Assembly (NCBI GenBank): GCA_024626585.2
Contig: JANKJI020000002.1
Coordinates: 15,599,399-15,620,428 of the forward strand
Direction: 5' to 3'
DNA: 21,030 nucleotides
Source: Ginkgo biloba
Lineage: Eukaryota > Plantae > Ginkgophyta
This document shows, piece by piece, positions 1 to 10,600 of the stretch (its first letter is position 1; every line of letters starts with the position of its first letter). Made by a program: the position numbers and the translations under genes. A model generated the notes under the pieces. It was given only the letters and a program-made list of their open reading frames with translations, was not told the DNA's origin and did no database searches.

Positions 1-325
1 TTACTAGGAACCAATGTCATTTAGTTTTTAACTAAGCACATATAATTTTTGAGAAATATCCATTTAGTTCTTAGGCACTCCAATGGGATTGCATAGTGTC
101 TTAATGTATCTAATACCTACAGCCTCTAGGAAACCCTATTATTACATCCTAGAGGTTATAGCTATTTAGATACACCAAACCTCCCATGATTATAATCCTC
201 ATGCCTCAATTTCATCATATTTTTATCACATCCCTTAACCTAGATAGTTGCATCTTTATGGATGATGTTTAGGCCAAAATCCACTTGGGTCAACATTACA
301 ATGAAAGACAAGCTCTCTCTATGTT

Positions 326-343
326 TGTGTGTGTGTGTGTGTG
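326..343. repeat. (TG)9 microsatellite
   Basis: Read directly: tgtgtgtgtgtgtgtgtg. Confidence 0.9.
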
Positions 344-662
344 CATGTAACTATGGCACCCTTGTTGCCAAATCAAACCCATTCCTTTATTTAGGAACTA
401 CATATCACTATAGTATCACTAGGCACCTCACACTTCCCTTGTTACTTACAATTTGATGCACAGTACAAGATGGGTGGCGTCAATGCGCTCATCATTTTTC
501 ACCTTAGATTTTGTGTAATTCCACTATGGGGAAAACCATAAGTGGAAATGTTATAATTTCACTTGGTGGAATTAGAACCAAAAACCACCATGTTTATAAA
601 TAGAGCTCCAATGATCCATTCATTTAACACTCTAAAATTCAAAATGGAAAGAATGTTTCATA

Positions 663-1377
663 TTGCCTAATGCTACAGGGATTTGGGTTGTCTTCACCAA
701 AAATTGTTGTGTATTATTCATCTATGCATCTATGAGTGGACATTATATTGTACTCAACATTTCTAACATAGCCTATGGGATATTTCTTGTCATAGGACTA
801 TGCAGAATATGGATGATAACTAGGTTATACGGCACATAAGGCGAAGTCTCGGCCTTCTTCCCTATGCCTTTCACTTTCTTTAGCACCTTGTTGGGTTCAA
901 CATATCCTGAAATGGTCACCTTTTGCTATTCTTTGTTCACATCCACTAGTTTAACCCCTGTAAAATCCAATTAGAAAGCATTAAAAAATGCATATATATC
1001 ATGCCTTTAGCACCAAATTAGGAGATTAAATTTTAAAAAATGTTAATTGTCTGAGATTATAAAATAAAAAATGTGGTAGATTCAATATTCATAAAAATGG
1101 GTATCAAGGATCTCACCTGACATAGAAGACACGGACGACACAACATTCTTTACTTTTCTCTCACACCCATCACAGTCCATCTGAACCTTCAACTCTATAG
1201 TCTGTACCCAAAATCCACTTAATTAGTATTAAAAAAATTAATGTGAGATTCACATACACAAAAGTATAATATAGATTGATTAAAAGTGGGTATATGAAAT
1301 ACCTACATTTTCTTGCATTTTTTATGTTTATTGTTGCCACTTAACAAATTAGATACATATTCTAGAGTACCATCCAT
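663..1377 (-). pseudogene. HIPP: Heavy-metal-associated isoprenylated plant protein (HIPP20-26-like) unprocessed pseudogene, 3 exons
   Basis: Manual minus-strand translation. Exon1 1377-1303: MDGTLEYVSNLLSGNNKHKKCKKM*. Intron 1302-1202 GT..AG. Exon2 1201-1117: TIELKVQMDCDGCERKVKNVVSSVSSMS(G), with HMA CxxC motif MDCDGC. Intron 1116-958 GT..AG, phase 1. Exon3 957-663: (G)VKLVDVNKE*QKVTISGYVEPNKVLKKVKGIGKKAETSPYVPYNLV [1-nt frameshift ~819] YHPYSA*SYDKKYPIGYVRNVE...DE*YTTIFGEDNPNPCSIR. This matches the HIPP consensus ...WPYVPY...YDKKAP.GYVRN...FSDDNPNACSIM. Four in-frame stops, one frameshift and a damaged CaaX box. Confidence 0.93.
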
Positions 1378-1520
1378 TTTGCACATAAAAACTCTTTCTT
1401 TAGTGAATAGAAAGGAGACCAATTTCTCACATAATTTATCTCTCTATCAAGAACTACTCCGAAGATTTTTGGGAAAGATTAAAGTAATTAACATACTTTA
1501 TATATGGAAATTATACCCAC

Positions 1521-1790
1521 CAAAATTAAACGGTGTGCATGAAATCGACATCCATATGAAGTGCAAAGGACAATATCTCTAACACATGATGCTTCCCCCA
1601 GAGTGAAATCCCATTTCCTCAGAAATACAATCTCTTCTTGTAATTGTTGAAAATTCCAAAGCTATTCTTTGTCTCTTGTTTTTAGTATTTCATTCTCCTT
1701 CTCAACTAATTCTAGCTATTCTTTGGCTTTTACTTTTAGTGTTTGGTTCTCCTCCTCAACTAATTCTATATCCTTCTATAAACCTATTCA
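1521..1790 (-). pseudogene. Coiled-coil + N-terminal BTB/POZ exon relic (At4g08455-like family)
   Basis: Same frame as ORF 1788..2012(-), read through stops: *IGL*KDIELVEEENQTLKVKAKE*LELVEKENEILKTRDKE*LWNFQQLQEEIVFLRKWDFTLGEASCVRDIVLCTSYGCRFHAHRLIL, followed by a plausible donor GTGGGT at 1520. DIVL...AHRLIL is the BTB start (DVVL...AHK/RxVL), and coiled coil + IVFLR resembles KVAFLR of At4g08455-type proteins (recalled). The 5' limit is uncertain and may extend to ~2012. Confidence 0.7.
1662..1769 (-). repeat. In-frame 54-bp (18-codon) tandem duplication within the BTB relic coiled coil
   Basis: Units 1769-1716 (IELVEEENQTLKVKAKE*) and 1715-1662 (LELVEKENEILKTRDKE*); 9 of 54 positions differ by hand count. 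Confidence 0.85.
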
Positions 1791-1899
1791 TAATTTAAAA
1801 TTATCAAACCTACACAAACATAGTAATAAGAAAAATTCTCTGTGTCTGGGTGCATAGCGATTTGAATCAATGTCCACATTTGATAAAATGGCCAGGTGA

Positions 1900-1933
1900 C
1901 TACATCTACATCTACATCTACATCTACATCTAC
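1900..1933. repeat. (CTACAT)5.7 hexanucleotide microsatellite
   Basis: Read directly; it produces the RCRCRC run in ORF 1788..2012(-). Confidence 0.9.
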
Positions 1934-4269
1934 CTACGTCTACATATGTTGTGTCTGCATTATGAATGAATGGCCAAATGGCTAGTTGGAGGGATAAGGG
2001 GGTGTATCCCATCTACTGGCCAGGGTGGCCAGTATGGGCCACATGTGATGCCGCGCTATGGAATTAACCTTGCTCGGGTAGGGGAGGGTCTGGAAAGAGG
2101 AAGGAGGAGAGGGGTATGGAACGATGAACTCACAACTAGCATTTAATTATTAGTTTTTGGTTGCATAGACCACTCCTATTTTTCGGTATGTTATCTTGGC
2201 TCCCTACATGATGTTCAAAGGATTATATCTTTGTATATATCTTTTTTTTTTGTCTCAAGACCAAGAGTGGTATGTTTTGGCATGTTTTTATCTCAATACC
2301 TATTTATGGTATGTTGAATCTTGTTGTAACCTGTGCATCAGAACCCTATGTGGCTTGATCAGGGTTTGAAAATGGTTTTTGTTCTTATTCCCTACATGGT
2401 GACTAAGGTCTTTTGGTTATTTTTTAGTCTTGTTAGGCCCAATTATAGGGAGGTACCTTGACCCTAGGATGGCATGTTGTTAAGGATACTTGGTCTCAAG
2501 ATTGGGTAAATGTGAAGCTACCTACCTTTTGTTGGACAATGTAATCCGTCTGATTTTTAGACCTGAAGAAAATACATAAAATACTTTATAATAAAAAAAT
2601 ATGTAGAATAAAGNNNNNNNNNNNNNNNNNNNNNNNNNNNNNNNNNNNNNNNNNNNNNNNNNNNNNNNNNNNNNNNNNNNNNNNNNNNNNNNNNNNNNNN
2701 NNNNNNNNNNNNNCATGCAAAAACATGCATTCTCATGCGAGGTCATACACATACAAAGTATGCATTCATATACAATAGCCTGCATGCACAACTTTTATTT
2801 CTTAAAATAAGCATAAGCTATCTATAGCTTAAAAAATCTTATTAATCCCTAAACAATTTAGATTATAAGTTGTCTTGTAGCCAAATGTCGTTTTAATGCT
2901 TTGTAAAAATTCTTTTCTTTTTCAATAATTTTGTGGATNNNNNNNNNNNNNNNNNNNNNNNNNNNNNNATTTGTATGAATTTCTTGGAGGCCAATATTCC
3001 ATTTCAGATTATAAGAGGGTTACAAAACCCTAGAAAAGAAAAGTTTACTTTAGGCAAATCGGAAAGAGTTAAGGCATGGAAATTTAGATACTTGTAGATC
3101 TTGACTAAATCCAACATCTCCTACAAATTTGGCTTCTAACTTGTTGCATTTATAAGTTATTCAAGGGATACTATTTTTAATAAATCAACTTTTTTGGGCA
3201 AACTAGGAGTTAAGTGGTGGAATTTAGACTATAAGTAGACTCAAATATATAAATATACATACCAAATTTTAGACCCCAACTCATTATATAGGAAAGGACA
3301 GATCACATCTCCAAAGTTTTTTATAGGTTTTACATAAATAGGGATTTCTCCTAATTGTTAAGGAATTGGAATCCATTCAACTTGGAATTCAAACATAGAG
3401 TTAGAGAGCTACATAGGAAACCTGTCTTTTGGTAAAACAATTCTAGGAGATGGAGTTATTTGTGTATGAAGTTAGGATTAAATTCTATAATATAGGACAA
3501 GTGACCTTAGGTCACCGCCAAACAACGATCACTTTCGCAGTACTTCTAGAGATCATACTTGCCTTGTAACACATTGAGATTTTTGTGGATTATTTGGAAA
3601 GTTAGAAATGATGTGGTTTCATGTTGATTCACATCACTCATTGTCATAGCATATTATTGTTTCTTTAGATACAAACATGGTTGAAGGCACATGCTCTCAA
3701 AGATAATATACTAAAGAATATGCTAAATCAGATCCTTAAATAGACCAAACTAATAAACAATCAAATTGTCTTTGTATAATTTCATCATATGATCAAAGCT
3801 AGGGGAATTTAGATTAGATATGAAAGACATCATATCTAATCTTATTATGTTTCACATGTCTATTATGGAATTCATAATCATATTTTTCCTAATCCCCCAC
3901 CATATTAAATTACATCTGGACTCTCGCACCTTGGTCCTCNNNNNNNNNNNNNNNNNNNNNNNNNNNNNNNNNNNNNNNNNNNNNNNNNNNNNNNNNNNNN
4001 NNNNNNNNNNNNNNNNNNNNNNNNNNNNNNNNNNNNNNNCATAAGCCTTATAAGGAAATATACCCATGCACACTTCCATTAGCCTATGCATGTATGCATA
4101 CTAACTTAGGCATGTTTTAGAATAGTGGCATGCCTATGTACACCCTTTGTTATAAAATGGTATCCGCGTAAGGATCTAATATAGTGAGAAGCCAAAGTGA
4201 GAGAAAATCATAAGTGGAACAAAAAAAATCTTACAATATTAAAAAATATGAATAATCCTATTATAGGAT

Positions 4270-6140
4270 TACTATATATAATCCTCCCTAGGACTATTCA
4301 TGGCCATATATCCTCAACTAGACTAGACCCCATGGCACCATATGTTATCTACCTATTGGTCATGGCATATCAAAACACCCTTCCTTCTCTTGAAGATAGT
4401 CTTTTATGTGTCTTTTTATTTTATTATAATTTGATGGTATTTAGATTTGAGGTCTATCTTTCTAAAATATTTTTTGCAAATTATTCATTATGTTCTTGTT
4501 TAAGAATCTATAGCCAAGTGCCATATTCCTTGGGGACTAGGCCTTCTAATCATCTACAAGGTGAAGTATTAGGCCTTACATTCACTTTGTCAAGTAACTC
4601 TTAAAATTGCTTCTTGATTTTCACATTCTCTACGATTGAACTTCTATAAAGAGAGGAATTTAGTAGTTATTCCCTATTTCACTCGATAATGTACTCAATA
4701 GATATTTTGGGAGGAATTAACTCTCATTATTGGAAGACACTAGCATACTAATGAAAGATGATATTAAGTTCTTGTTGCTAACCTACACTTTGGACAACTA
4801 AAGTTATAACTTCTTTATCTATCATTATGACCTCTATAGTTATTAATATTAATAAAATAAAAATAGAGGATGTATTAACAAGCCTATAAGTTTGTGTTGT
4901 AGTAATAAGTAAAACTATCTCTAGAGTTCTTGTATCCTTGATTAAATACGCTGGATCTCCTTTTATCAACCTACATTATCTTAATATTCTATTGAATTAT
5001 CCATCTATATATCATAGTTATGGACTTCTAAAGATGAACCTACAAACATCTAGTGGCACTATATTATACTATTTCATAAATGAAATCCTTAGAGATGGAA
5101 AAATTAAATTTACACTACTTGTTGATTATGTGCTTTACTTCTTTATTTAACCAACCTAAGGTGTAAGGTGATCGATGTTCAGTTATTGGAAAACTAAACT
5201 ACTTCACTATTATCTCTAAAAATATATTCCTTTAGTTGTAACTATAACTTCTTGATTTGAATTTTAATCACAATGAGTTGTTCCCTCTTAGGCTTGTCTC
5301 TTTAGTTATTTTTCATCCGTGCTAATTACTAAGTATCCACTTTATAATCTTCAATTTCTTTCTCCTTCATTTGAGTATGTATGTTTGAAGATATCTTTTC
5401 TAGATATAAATTCTAATAGTTTTCTTTTGTGTGACCTCTAATTCTAAATTTTTCATAATAAAGTTTAGTCCTCTTATCCTACTTCTACTCAAGAGTATAA
5501 TGAGCCACTCCACTAGTCTTATTTTTATTCTACTAGAAGTTAAGAGGAGATTTTTGAGATTTTTTCTTCTTTTAATTCTTTGGATCAATGGTAGGATCTC
5601 TCCACTTGCCCTCATCTTGGACAATTTTTTCCTTATGATAGGCCTTATTAAGATTCCTAATGTCAAACATTTCTAATTCTTTTAGAATAATTATGTGTAG
5701 TCCATCTATGAACTTCAAGATAAAATACTATTCATTAGTAGTAACTTTCAACCAAATGATAAAATAGTTGCATCAATATTGACCTGAATAGTTTAGCCAA
5801 TTTTTTTTTTGAGTTATTATCACTAGAATTATTTCTCTCTAATCTAATATACCCAATTGAATAAAATCTCTTCTTGATTAGTTTTTTGAATTATTCTTAT
5901 ATGATGATGGGTAATAAACCTTGATTTCACTACCTTTTATAAAATATTTCCCACCAAAACCAATAGTGACCTCAAGATTATTGTGCACTTAATAAAAGTG
6001 ATCTTCTAAGGGTCTATGTACAATTGGATTGCAAAGTAGGTCTTCATCTATTTGACCCAATCATCAAGCTTCTTATAATCCATATTCATATTATAAGTAA
6101 TAATTTTCACCCTTGTTTCAACATTAAAAGTTATGTTTAG
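4270..6140 (-). mobile_element. Highly degenerate Ty3/gypsy (CRM-like chromovirus) gag-protease-RT relic
   Basis: Minus-strand translation across stops and frameshifts. Gag: TFNVETRVKIITYNMNMDYKKLDDWVK*MKTYF (consensus PFKVEAKVDIPTYDG..DAEKLDxWxxQMETYF), FWWE, LIKKRFYSIGY, LKFIDGLH..ILKELEMF. Decayed CCHC knuckle KLYYEKFRIRGHTKENY*NLYL (~5466-5401). Protease region: EHRSPYTLGWLNK, IVPLDVCRFIFRSP*L. Spacer: LIPPKISIEYIIE. RT start: IKKQF*ELLDK.NVRPNTSPC..LVPKEYGTW (~4620-4510). LTRs not identified. Confidence 0.85.
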
Positions 6141-9114
6141 AGTTTATACTGATAACTGAGTTCTTAGAGGAGTTATAATATTAATACTTCTTGAGATTAT
6201 AATTCTATTAAATATTATTGTGGTTATAAATAGTTGTATAAGTTACATGGAGTAGGCTATGTATGATTTACAAGAGATGTGACATTTTATCATTAAGATC
6301 TATTTAGAGTTAGTTTAGGCTTCTCTCTAAATGATCAACTCTCTCACCTTTATCTTCTTCTATACATCTTTAGGTAATTCCCTTTGATCTCCTTTTGATA
6401 TATTACTTAATTGATCTTCCATCTTGAGTCGACTAAAGCTATCTAGTTTTTCTATCACATAGAAATAATGGATTGGTTAATTACTCACCTTCTTCTTAGT
6501 ATTTGGAATGAATTCAAACCATTCAAAGATTCAAGTGCTTGCTCAGGTATTATCACACCTAAGTATATTCTATCAATGTACTCAAATTTTTTATTTGTTT
6601 ATTTTCCACTGCTGAAAAATTGCTCTATGAAATAAAATATAATATAGAATCTATAATGTATATAATGGAAGCAAAATTAAAATGACGAGAACTCAAATTC
6701 TTGAGTTTCATATTTTTATTTTTATGTTCTTAATGGTTTTGTAATTTAAATTACCAATATGAAGCGTGCAAAAAAATGGAAAGTGGCATATAGAGTACAA
6801 TATATAAAAACCTAGCAATAGGATGCAAAAATATGAAAAACAATAAGCTCTTATATATGTAATTTTCTTAATGATTTTTAAAGCAAAAACTTATGAGTAT
6901 TGATTTTAAAAAGTATAAAAATGTCTTACAAAATAATGTGCAAGTATGTTTATGCGTCCAAAATAGGTATAGAATGGTAAAAGAGTGTCAATAAATGATC
7001 AATGTAGTAATTCTAACAAGTCTAATCATGTTCTGCTAAGGGCCCATCCAATGGTAAGACAATAATAGAAAACTAAAAATATTTTAAATAAGTTAAAACA
7101 ATATGTATAAATATAACAAATGGATCCTAATGGATGTAAGAACATTTTTTTGTTATTAAGCTACCAATCACAAGTCCTGCATAGGATAAAAATGTATAAA
7201 AAATACAAATAAATGAGTCTGAATAAGATAAAATGGAACTTTACAAAATAAGGCACAACTATGTGTACTATTATAGTAAGCAAGGGATCTCTAAAAATAA
7301 TTAAAAAGACCCCTAATATTAAGCTTTAGGTTATAAATTAAAGAAAAAAAAAAATGAATAGGCCATGGAGGGTCACAGCAACCTGCACGTCACCACAAAG
7401 GAGGACATCGAGCTAAATTCTAGGAAAGTTGACTTATCTTCAACAAGGTATAAAAGTGAAAAAATTAATAAAAAATGGAACAAAGATAGTGCAAAATACA
7501 TGTAAAGTTATATTCCCTCAAGGGAGTTTCAATGAGTTGTAAATGAATATGAAGGACTCGAGACATTAAGGACAACCTCTAGGGAGGGTTTCCTACCATG
7601 TAGAGGTCATAAAAACTATAGGGAAATTCCAAGAGAAAACTAATTTTTAGGAAAAATAAGGTGGGTTTTAGAAAAAGGTGATTTTCAGCCTACTTGAAAA
7701 ACTCTTCAAAAGCATAGAGAGATGCCTAAAACCACTGACTAAAACTAATGAAACTCTCATGAAAACCTATTTTTAATAAAGGTATTGAGCACTACGATAG
7801 TTCACTTACAATCGAGGCAATTTCCTCCCAACATAACTATACACCTATTGACACTATAGGAAATTATTGATGGAGATTTACAAGAAAACCATTAAAAAAA
7901 CCATCAAAAATTCATTACAGTTATAGATTGGTAACCCAATTGCCTAAAGCTCAATATTAAACAATGGACATACCTCCTTTTTTATTGTTGCCTCNNNNNN
8001 NNNNNNNNNNNNNNNNNNNNNNNNNNNNNNNNNNNNNNNNNNNNNNNNNNNNNNNNNNNNNNNNNNNNNNNNNNNNNNNNNNNNNNNNNNNNNNNNNNNN
8101 NNNNNNNNNNNNNNNNNNNNNNNNNNNNNNNNNNNNNNNNNNNNNNNNNNNNNNNNNNNNNNNNNNNNNNNNNNNNNNNNNNNNGGCTGTATGTTTCAGT
8201 AATGGTTGACAAAATAAATTGAATTAAGAGATAGTGACCCATAAATGTGTACAAACACTCACATAAAATTAATGACAACAATAGTCCTATGGATTCATGT
8301 ATGCAGGCCTCTAAATCACTAAGGACGTATTCATAAAATCTAAAATATCTTCTAATAAACATTATTTTTCAACAATAAATCATTAAGAATGTATTCATAA
8401 AATCTAAGCTATGCACATTTTCTATTTTTCTCCCCCACATAGTTAATAATAACTCTATACAAATAAATAAATACACTGCAAACTATCAAATTCTACAAAC
8501 ACCATATAATGCATTAACCTCTATTAAATGGAAAATATTAAAGGATTGAACATGCTTAAAATATTAGAGTTGAAAATTTGGTAAATAGACTTAAGGTGAA
8601 ACATTTTATATGGGTCAAAAAGAGGGGAGAAGATAATATTGATACATTTAATTTGACTACATGCTTTAGCATATTTTTGGCATTAAGGAGCCTCTGACCA
8701 TAAAGAATGATTTTGGGAAATTTTTTCCCTTATAAAATTGGGTTTCTTGAAGACACAAAGATCACAAACATCTGTTTATCTTTAGTTTAGTTTAGATTGC
8801 ACTCCATAGTGTGGAGAGGTACCAGACACAATCCTTGCTTTCTTAAACCTTCACATTCTCCATCTANNNNNNNNNNNNNNNNNNNNNACACAATAAGCTA
8901 CCATTACCCTTATCCTACTCCCCTTTAAATGTTTGATAACACCCACCAACCAAAGCTTTTTTCCGTAAAATATTAATACCTAAATTCAAACAAATACAAT
9001 ATATTGTGAGCTTAATAATATAATTTTTTTTTATCATATCAATCAATACATGGCTTGCTAACATTAATTTTTTTGGTCAAGATCTCTAATGTATTCCATG
9101 GCTACTCCTAGTGT

Positions 9115-9541
9115 TTGCCTAAATTATCCGAATAATTTTTTTGAAGCTTGGACATCATTCTAGGTGGGATTGATCTTGGCACCTCCCACTCCATCTACCC
9201 AATTACCCCCAATCTCTATTCTTACGCCTCGAAAGTTAGTCTCGTTCTTTCGTCCCCTAATGCAATCTATTTCTTTAAGGATAAAAAAATGCTTTATTTC
9301 TCTCTCAAATAATGTCTTTACATCATTGATACCTGCATTCCAAGTGATTATATTAATTACATATTAAACAATTACTTATATAGAAGAAAATCAGTATATA
9401 GCTATGGTTATTGAAGCTTCAAATTACATTAAATGACATGCCTACACCTACTATAATAACACTGGGAGATGAAATGGCCAAACCCATCTCTGTAACTAAC
9501 AAAATTGCCAATAACAGAGGAAATAATCTTGAATATAGTAT
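9115..9541 (-). pseudogene. PAO: Polyamine oxidase (maize PAO1-like, signal-peptide-bearing) 5' pseudogene fragment, 2 exons
   Basis: Exon1 9541-9433: (ATA for ATG)LYSRLFPLLLAILLVTEMGLAISSPSVIIVGVGMS, i.e. a hydrophobic leader plus the FAD-binding VIIVGAGMSG motif. The donor reads TTAAT instead of GTAAT. 100-nt intron ends TGCAG at 9333. Exon2 from 9332: (G)INDVKTLFEREIKHFFILKEIDCIRGRKNETNFRGVRIEIGGNWVDGVGGAKINPT* (consensus GISAAKxLSEAGIxDxLILEATDRIGGRxxKTNFxGxxVExGANWVEGVxGxxxNPIW). Similarity decays below ~9160; no later exons seen. Confidence 0.88.
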
Positions 9542-9885
9542 GCTTGAAGAAAAACCCAAATTTCACTATAAACAACTTAAGAAACTCACTGCTATTCTAC
9601 AAAGAGAGAGAACTGCAATGTAAAAGGCTTCATCTTCATTAATAGAGCTAATGGATGTCCCAACATGTCTGCCTTACATTCAGGACTTTTCATAGTGGAA
9701 TGAAACTTCCTCGTACCATTTATTGTAGTTGCACTCCTTAGTGCAGATACAACCTTTCTATGCATCCCACATCTCATTTCTTATAGGGGGAAATGACATT
9801 ACAGTGGAAGTGAAGCAAAGCACGATGCCCTCTAGAAAATGAGAGGGATCGACTATTAGTAAGGTTTAAACAAACACAAACAAAA

Positions 9886-9986
9886 ACTATCGCTTCAATG
9901 TGAGAGAGATCATAGGGAGCCATGTGGGTTTTTAAAAATTACTACACTAACGCTTTAATGTGAGAGAGATCATAGGGAGCCATGTG
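9886..9986. repeat. Direct repeat of a 41-bp unit, period 60 bp
   Basis: actatcgcttcaatgtgagagagatcatagggagccatgtg (9886-9926) vs actaacgctttaatgtgagagagatcatagggagccatgtg (9946-9986); 2 mismatches. Confidence 0.9.
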
Positions 9987-10279
9987 ATGTCGTGCAGGGA
10001 GGAGATCTACTTTTGCCATCAACCACCCCATCCTGGTTCAATGCAAGACTGTAGGGAACCACCACCAAGTGATGTGCAGGCGAATGCTGCGCTAAAGATG
10101 AAGCAACACAAGCACTAAAAAATCTAATTTCTAAATTAGATTTTAATGCACACATGACTCTNNNNNNNNNNNNNNNNNNNNNNNNNNNNNNNNNNNNNNN
10201 NNNNNNNNNNNNNNNNNNNNNNNNNNNNNNNNNNNNNNNNNNNNNNNNNNNNNNNNNNNNNGTCGTTTGGATCATAAAA

Positions 10280-10600
10280 ATATCTAACACTTCCTCTAGT
10301 TGATCCAACAAAGAGGTCCTCGAAAGCCAAGTGTACAATGGTGTATGTAAGAGGTATCTCTATAAATCTCAAACAATCATGCAAATATACCAATTTCTTT
10401 AAATTTAGTGATATGAGAAGATATTTCAAAAAAATATCTCTTCTTTTGTAAATAGTAGGGCAACACATTTGAATTAAAATGAGATCTAACAATGCCTCCA
10501 ATTCATTCGATAAAGAGGTCCCCTAAAGTTGAGTGTACAATGGTGTTTATGAGAGGTAGCTTTGTAATTACGTTATATCTCGATAGATCGATGCAAAATG
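10280..10600. repeat. Degenerate ~200-bp-period tandem duplication, probably TE-derived
   Basis: atctaacac..aaagaggtcc..agtgtacaatggtgt..gaggta (~10282-10350) recurs as atctaacaa..aaagaggtcc..agtgtacaatggtgt..gaggta (~10484-10558). Confidence 0.7.

Noticed and set aside
663-1790. Stops at Gln/Arg positions repaired by U-to-C RNA editing or readthrough
   Set aside because: Such editing is organellar. These are spliceosomal-intron nuclear relics that also have a frameshift and other lesions; methyl-C deamination explains the pattern.
1788-2012. ORF with RCRCRCRC as a Cys-rich metal-binding peptide beside HIPP
   Set aside because: The run is simply the (CTACAT)n microsatellite.
4197-5676. ORFs 4197..4604, 4938..5150, 5431..5676 (+) and 5400..5666 (-)
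   Set aside because: Antisense or off-frame shadows of the decayed gypsy polyprotein.
6600-8860. AT-rich segment with LTR/DNA-TE-like texture (likewise 2150-4200)
   Set aside because: Probably repetitive, but I found no termini, PBS, PPT or coding motif to support a call.
9590-9790. Exon-like minus-strand stretch (..EDEAFYIAVLSLCRIA|GTGAGT) as the PAO first exon
   Set aside because: A better in-frame hydrophobic leader is contiguous with the PAO FAD motif (9541-9434), and this stretch matches no family I recognise.
9908-9986. AGGGAGCCA resembling a miR160 site or precursor; also a possible CRISPR-like repeat
   Set aside because: Only a 9-nt core matches and there is no fold-back. Two copies in eukaryotic DNA with no cas genes is not an array.
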